The notes under the pieces are model-generated. The model worked only from the letters and a program-made list of their open reading frames with translations, was not told the origin of the DNA and ran no database searches. Shown piece by piece: positions 62,661 to 64,000 of a stretch of 64,000 nucleotides of DNA; position 1 is the stretch's first letter, and each line of letters opens with the position of its first letter. The stretch lies in NCBI RefSeq assembly GCF_964194155.1, contig NC_135888.1:24614001-24678000 (forward strand), given 5' to 3'. The position numbers and the translations under genes are program-made. This DNA is from Cetorhinus maximus. Taxonomy: Eukaryota.

Positions 62661-63559
62661 TCTCTTCACTGTTTGGTGTGTGTATAAAGCAGGAAAACTC
62701 ACATTTTCAGAAACCCACTTTGCTTAGACTGACCTTTTGAGTAACATCAATAAACACCGATAAATTGTTTTTAACAGGCTGTTAACTTTATGCCTTTGGG
62801 CTTGGTCAGTGCCTGGTCTTCAGAAACACAGGTGGGTTATTTGAATTAAATTGTTGGGGAGGCTCCCAAGCACAGATCCACATCCCATCTGGGAAAGCAT
62901 GTTGCAGCATTCCTGAGTGCAGTCTTTGAGGATGGCTGCCTGGGACTGCAAGGCTCGACAAAAACATACAATCCTGTTCTTCAGCTCTACATTAACTCTG
63001 TATTCAGCCCAGTCAATCTCATTTCACTTTGATGCCTGGGTCTGTGGATAATTATTATTTATTAATGTATCGAAAAAGACAAATTCACATGTAGCATTTA
63101 TCCTCCTATAACATCTCTATTGTAATTTAATGAGCATGGTATCATTGGGCTTGAACAACAGGTGCGCCAGATGTCACTGGATTGGAAATACAGCTGCTCC
63201 AGATGTTATCAGCGTTGGCAGTACTGGTGCTCCAGGCGTGATTAACTCACCATATGACAAAGACATCAATAGAAAGAAGCCTGTATGAATGAGCAGAATA
63301 ATCACATTCAGAAAACAAAGTAAGAGCAGCAGAAGCCTGCTGTGAAAAGGAGTAACAATGGAAGGAATTGTTTGCCATGGGGCTCATTTTGATTCAATTC
63401 CTATCCACAGAGTGAAATTTAGAACATTTGCTACTTCACTTTAGCTAGCTCCACTTTCATGCCCTCATAATTGCCCTTATTTAAGCTTAAAACACTAGTT
63501 TTGGATGCACTCGTTTCTCCCTGAGAATTAATGTAAAATTAACACAGGGAGAACAGTCA

Positions 63560-64000
63560 CTTGAGTGTGTGTGAAACACGTACCCCAGTGAGAGTCAGTG
63601 AGTGTGAAACACGTACCCCAATGAGAGTCAGTGAGTGTGGGACCCGTACCCCATTGAGAGTCAGTGTTTGTGGAACACGTACCCCAATGAGAGTCAGTGA
63701 GTGTGAAACACGTACCCCAATGAGAGTCAGTGTGTGTGGGACCCGTACCCCATTGAGAGTCAGTGTATGTGGGACCCGTACCCCAGTGAGAGTCAGTGTG
63801 TGTGGGACCCGTACCTCAGTGAGAGTCAGTCTGTGTGGGACCCGTACCCCATTGAGAGTCAATGTGTGTGGGCCCCGTACCCCATTGAGAGTCAGTGTGT
63901 GTGAGACCCGTACCCCATTGAGAGTCAGTGTGTGTGGGACCTGTACCCCATTGAGAGTCAGTGTATGTGGGACCCGTACCCCAGTGAGAGTCAGTGTGTG
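63560..64000. repeat. 33-bp minisatellite, same family and orientation as 1-1010
   Basis: About 13 units running off the right edge. Confidence 0.95.

Noticed and set aside
62820-63025. Minus-strand open frame NEIDWAEY...THLCF
   Set aside because: No in-frame acceptor or start linking it to other exons and no recognised homology.

Overview
Eukaryotic, repeat-rich vertebrate DNA, most likely from a cartilaginous fish (inferred from the retroelement and minisatellite types). It carries a Surfeit-type housekeeping cluster. MED22 (- strand) is partial: 5' exon plus two coding exons, running off the left edge. DNLZ (-, 3 exons, 178 aa) is complete. RPL7A (+, 8 exons, 266 aa) is complete and hosts one U24 and two U36 box C/D snoRNAs. 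SURF1 (-, 9 exons, 296 aa) is complete. There is also a possible 3' end of an unidentified minus-strand gene near 62-63 kb. All exons were assembled by hand from GT-AG boundaries and reading phase. The rest is mostly CR1-clade LINEs, tRNA-derived SINEs, Penelope-like elements (PLEs), a Tx1 fragment, a solo LTR and minisatellites; most ORFs in the supplied track are artefacts of these repeats. Highlights: (1) a LINE with a tRNA-derived head running straight into its endonuclease, with a SINE that looks like its internal-deletion derivative; (2) fold-back PLE inserts with target-site duplications (TSDs) and minimal hammerhead ribozymes on both strands; (3) DNLZ interposed between MED22 and RPL7A, and no SURF2 next to SURF1; (4) a 14-kb nest of insertions inside one LINE; (5) a locally templated inverted insertion. 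Family names and cross-species comparisons are from memory, not database searches, and repeat boundaries are approximate.
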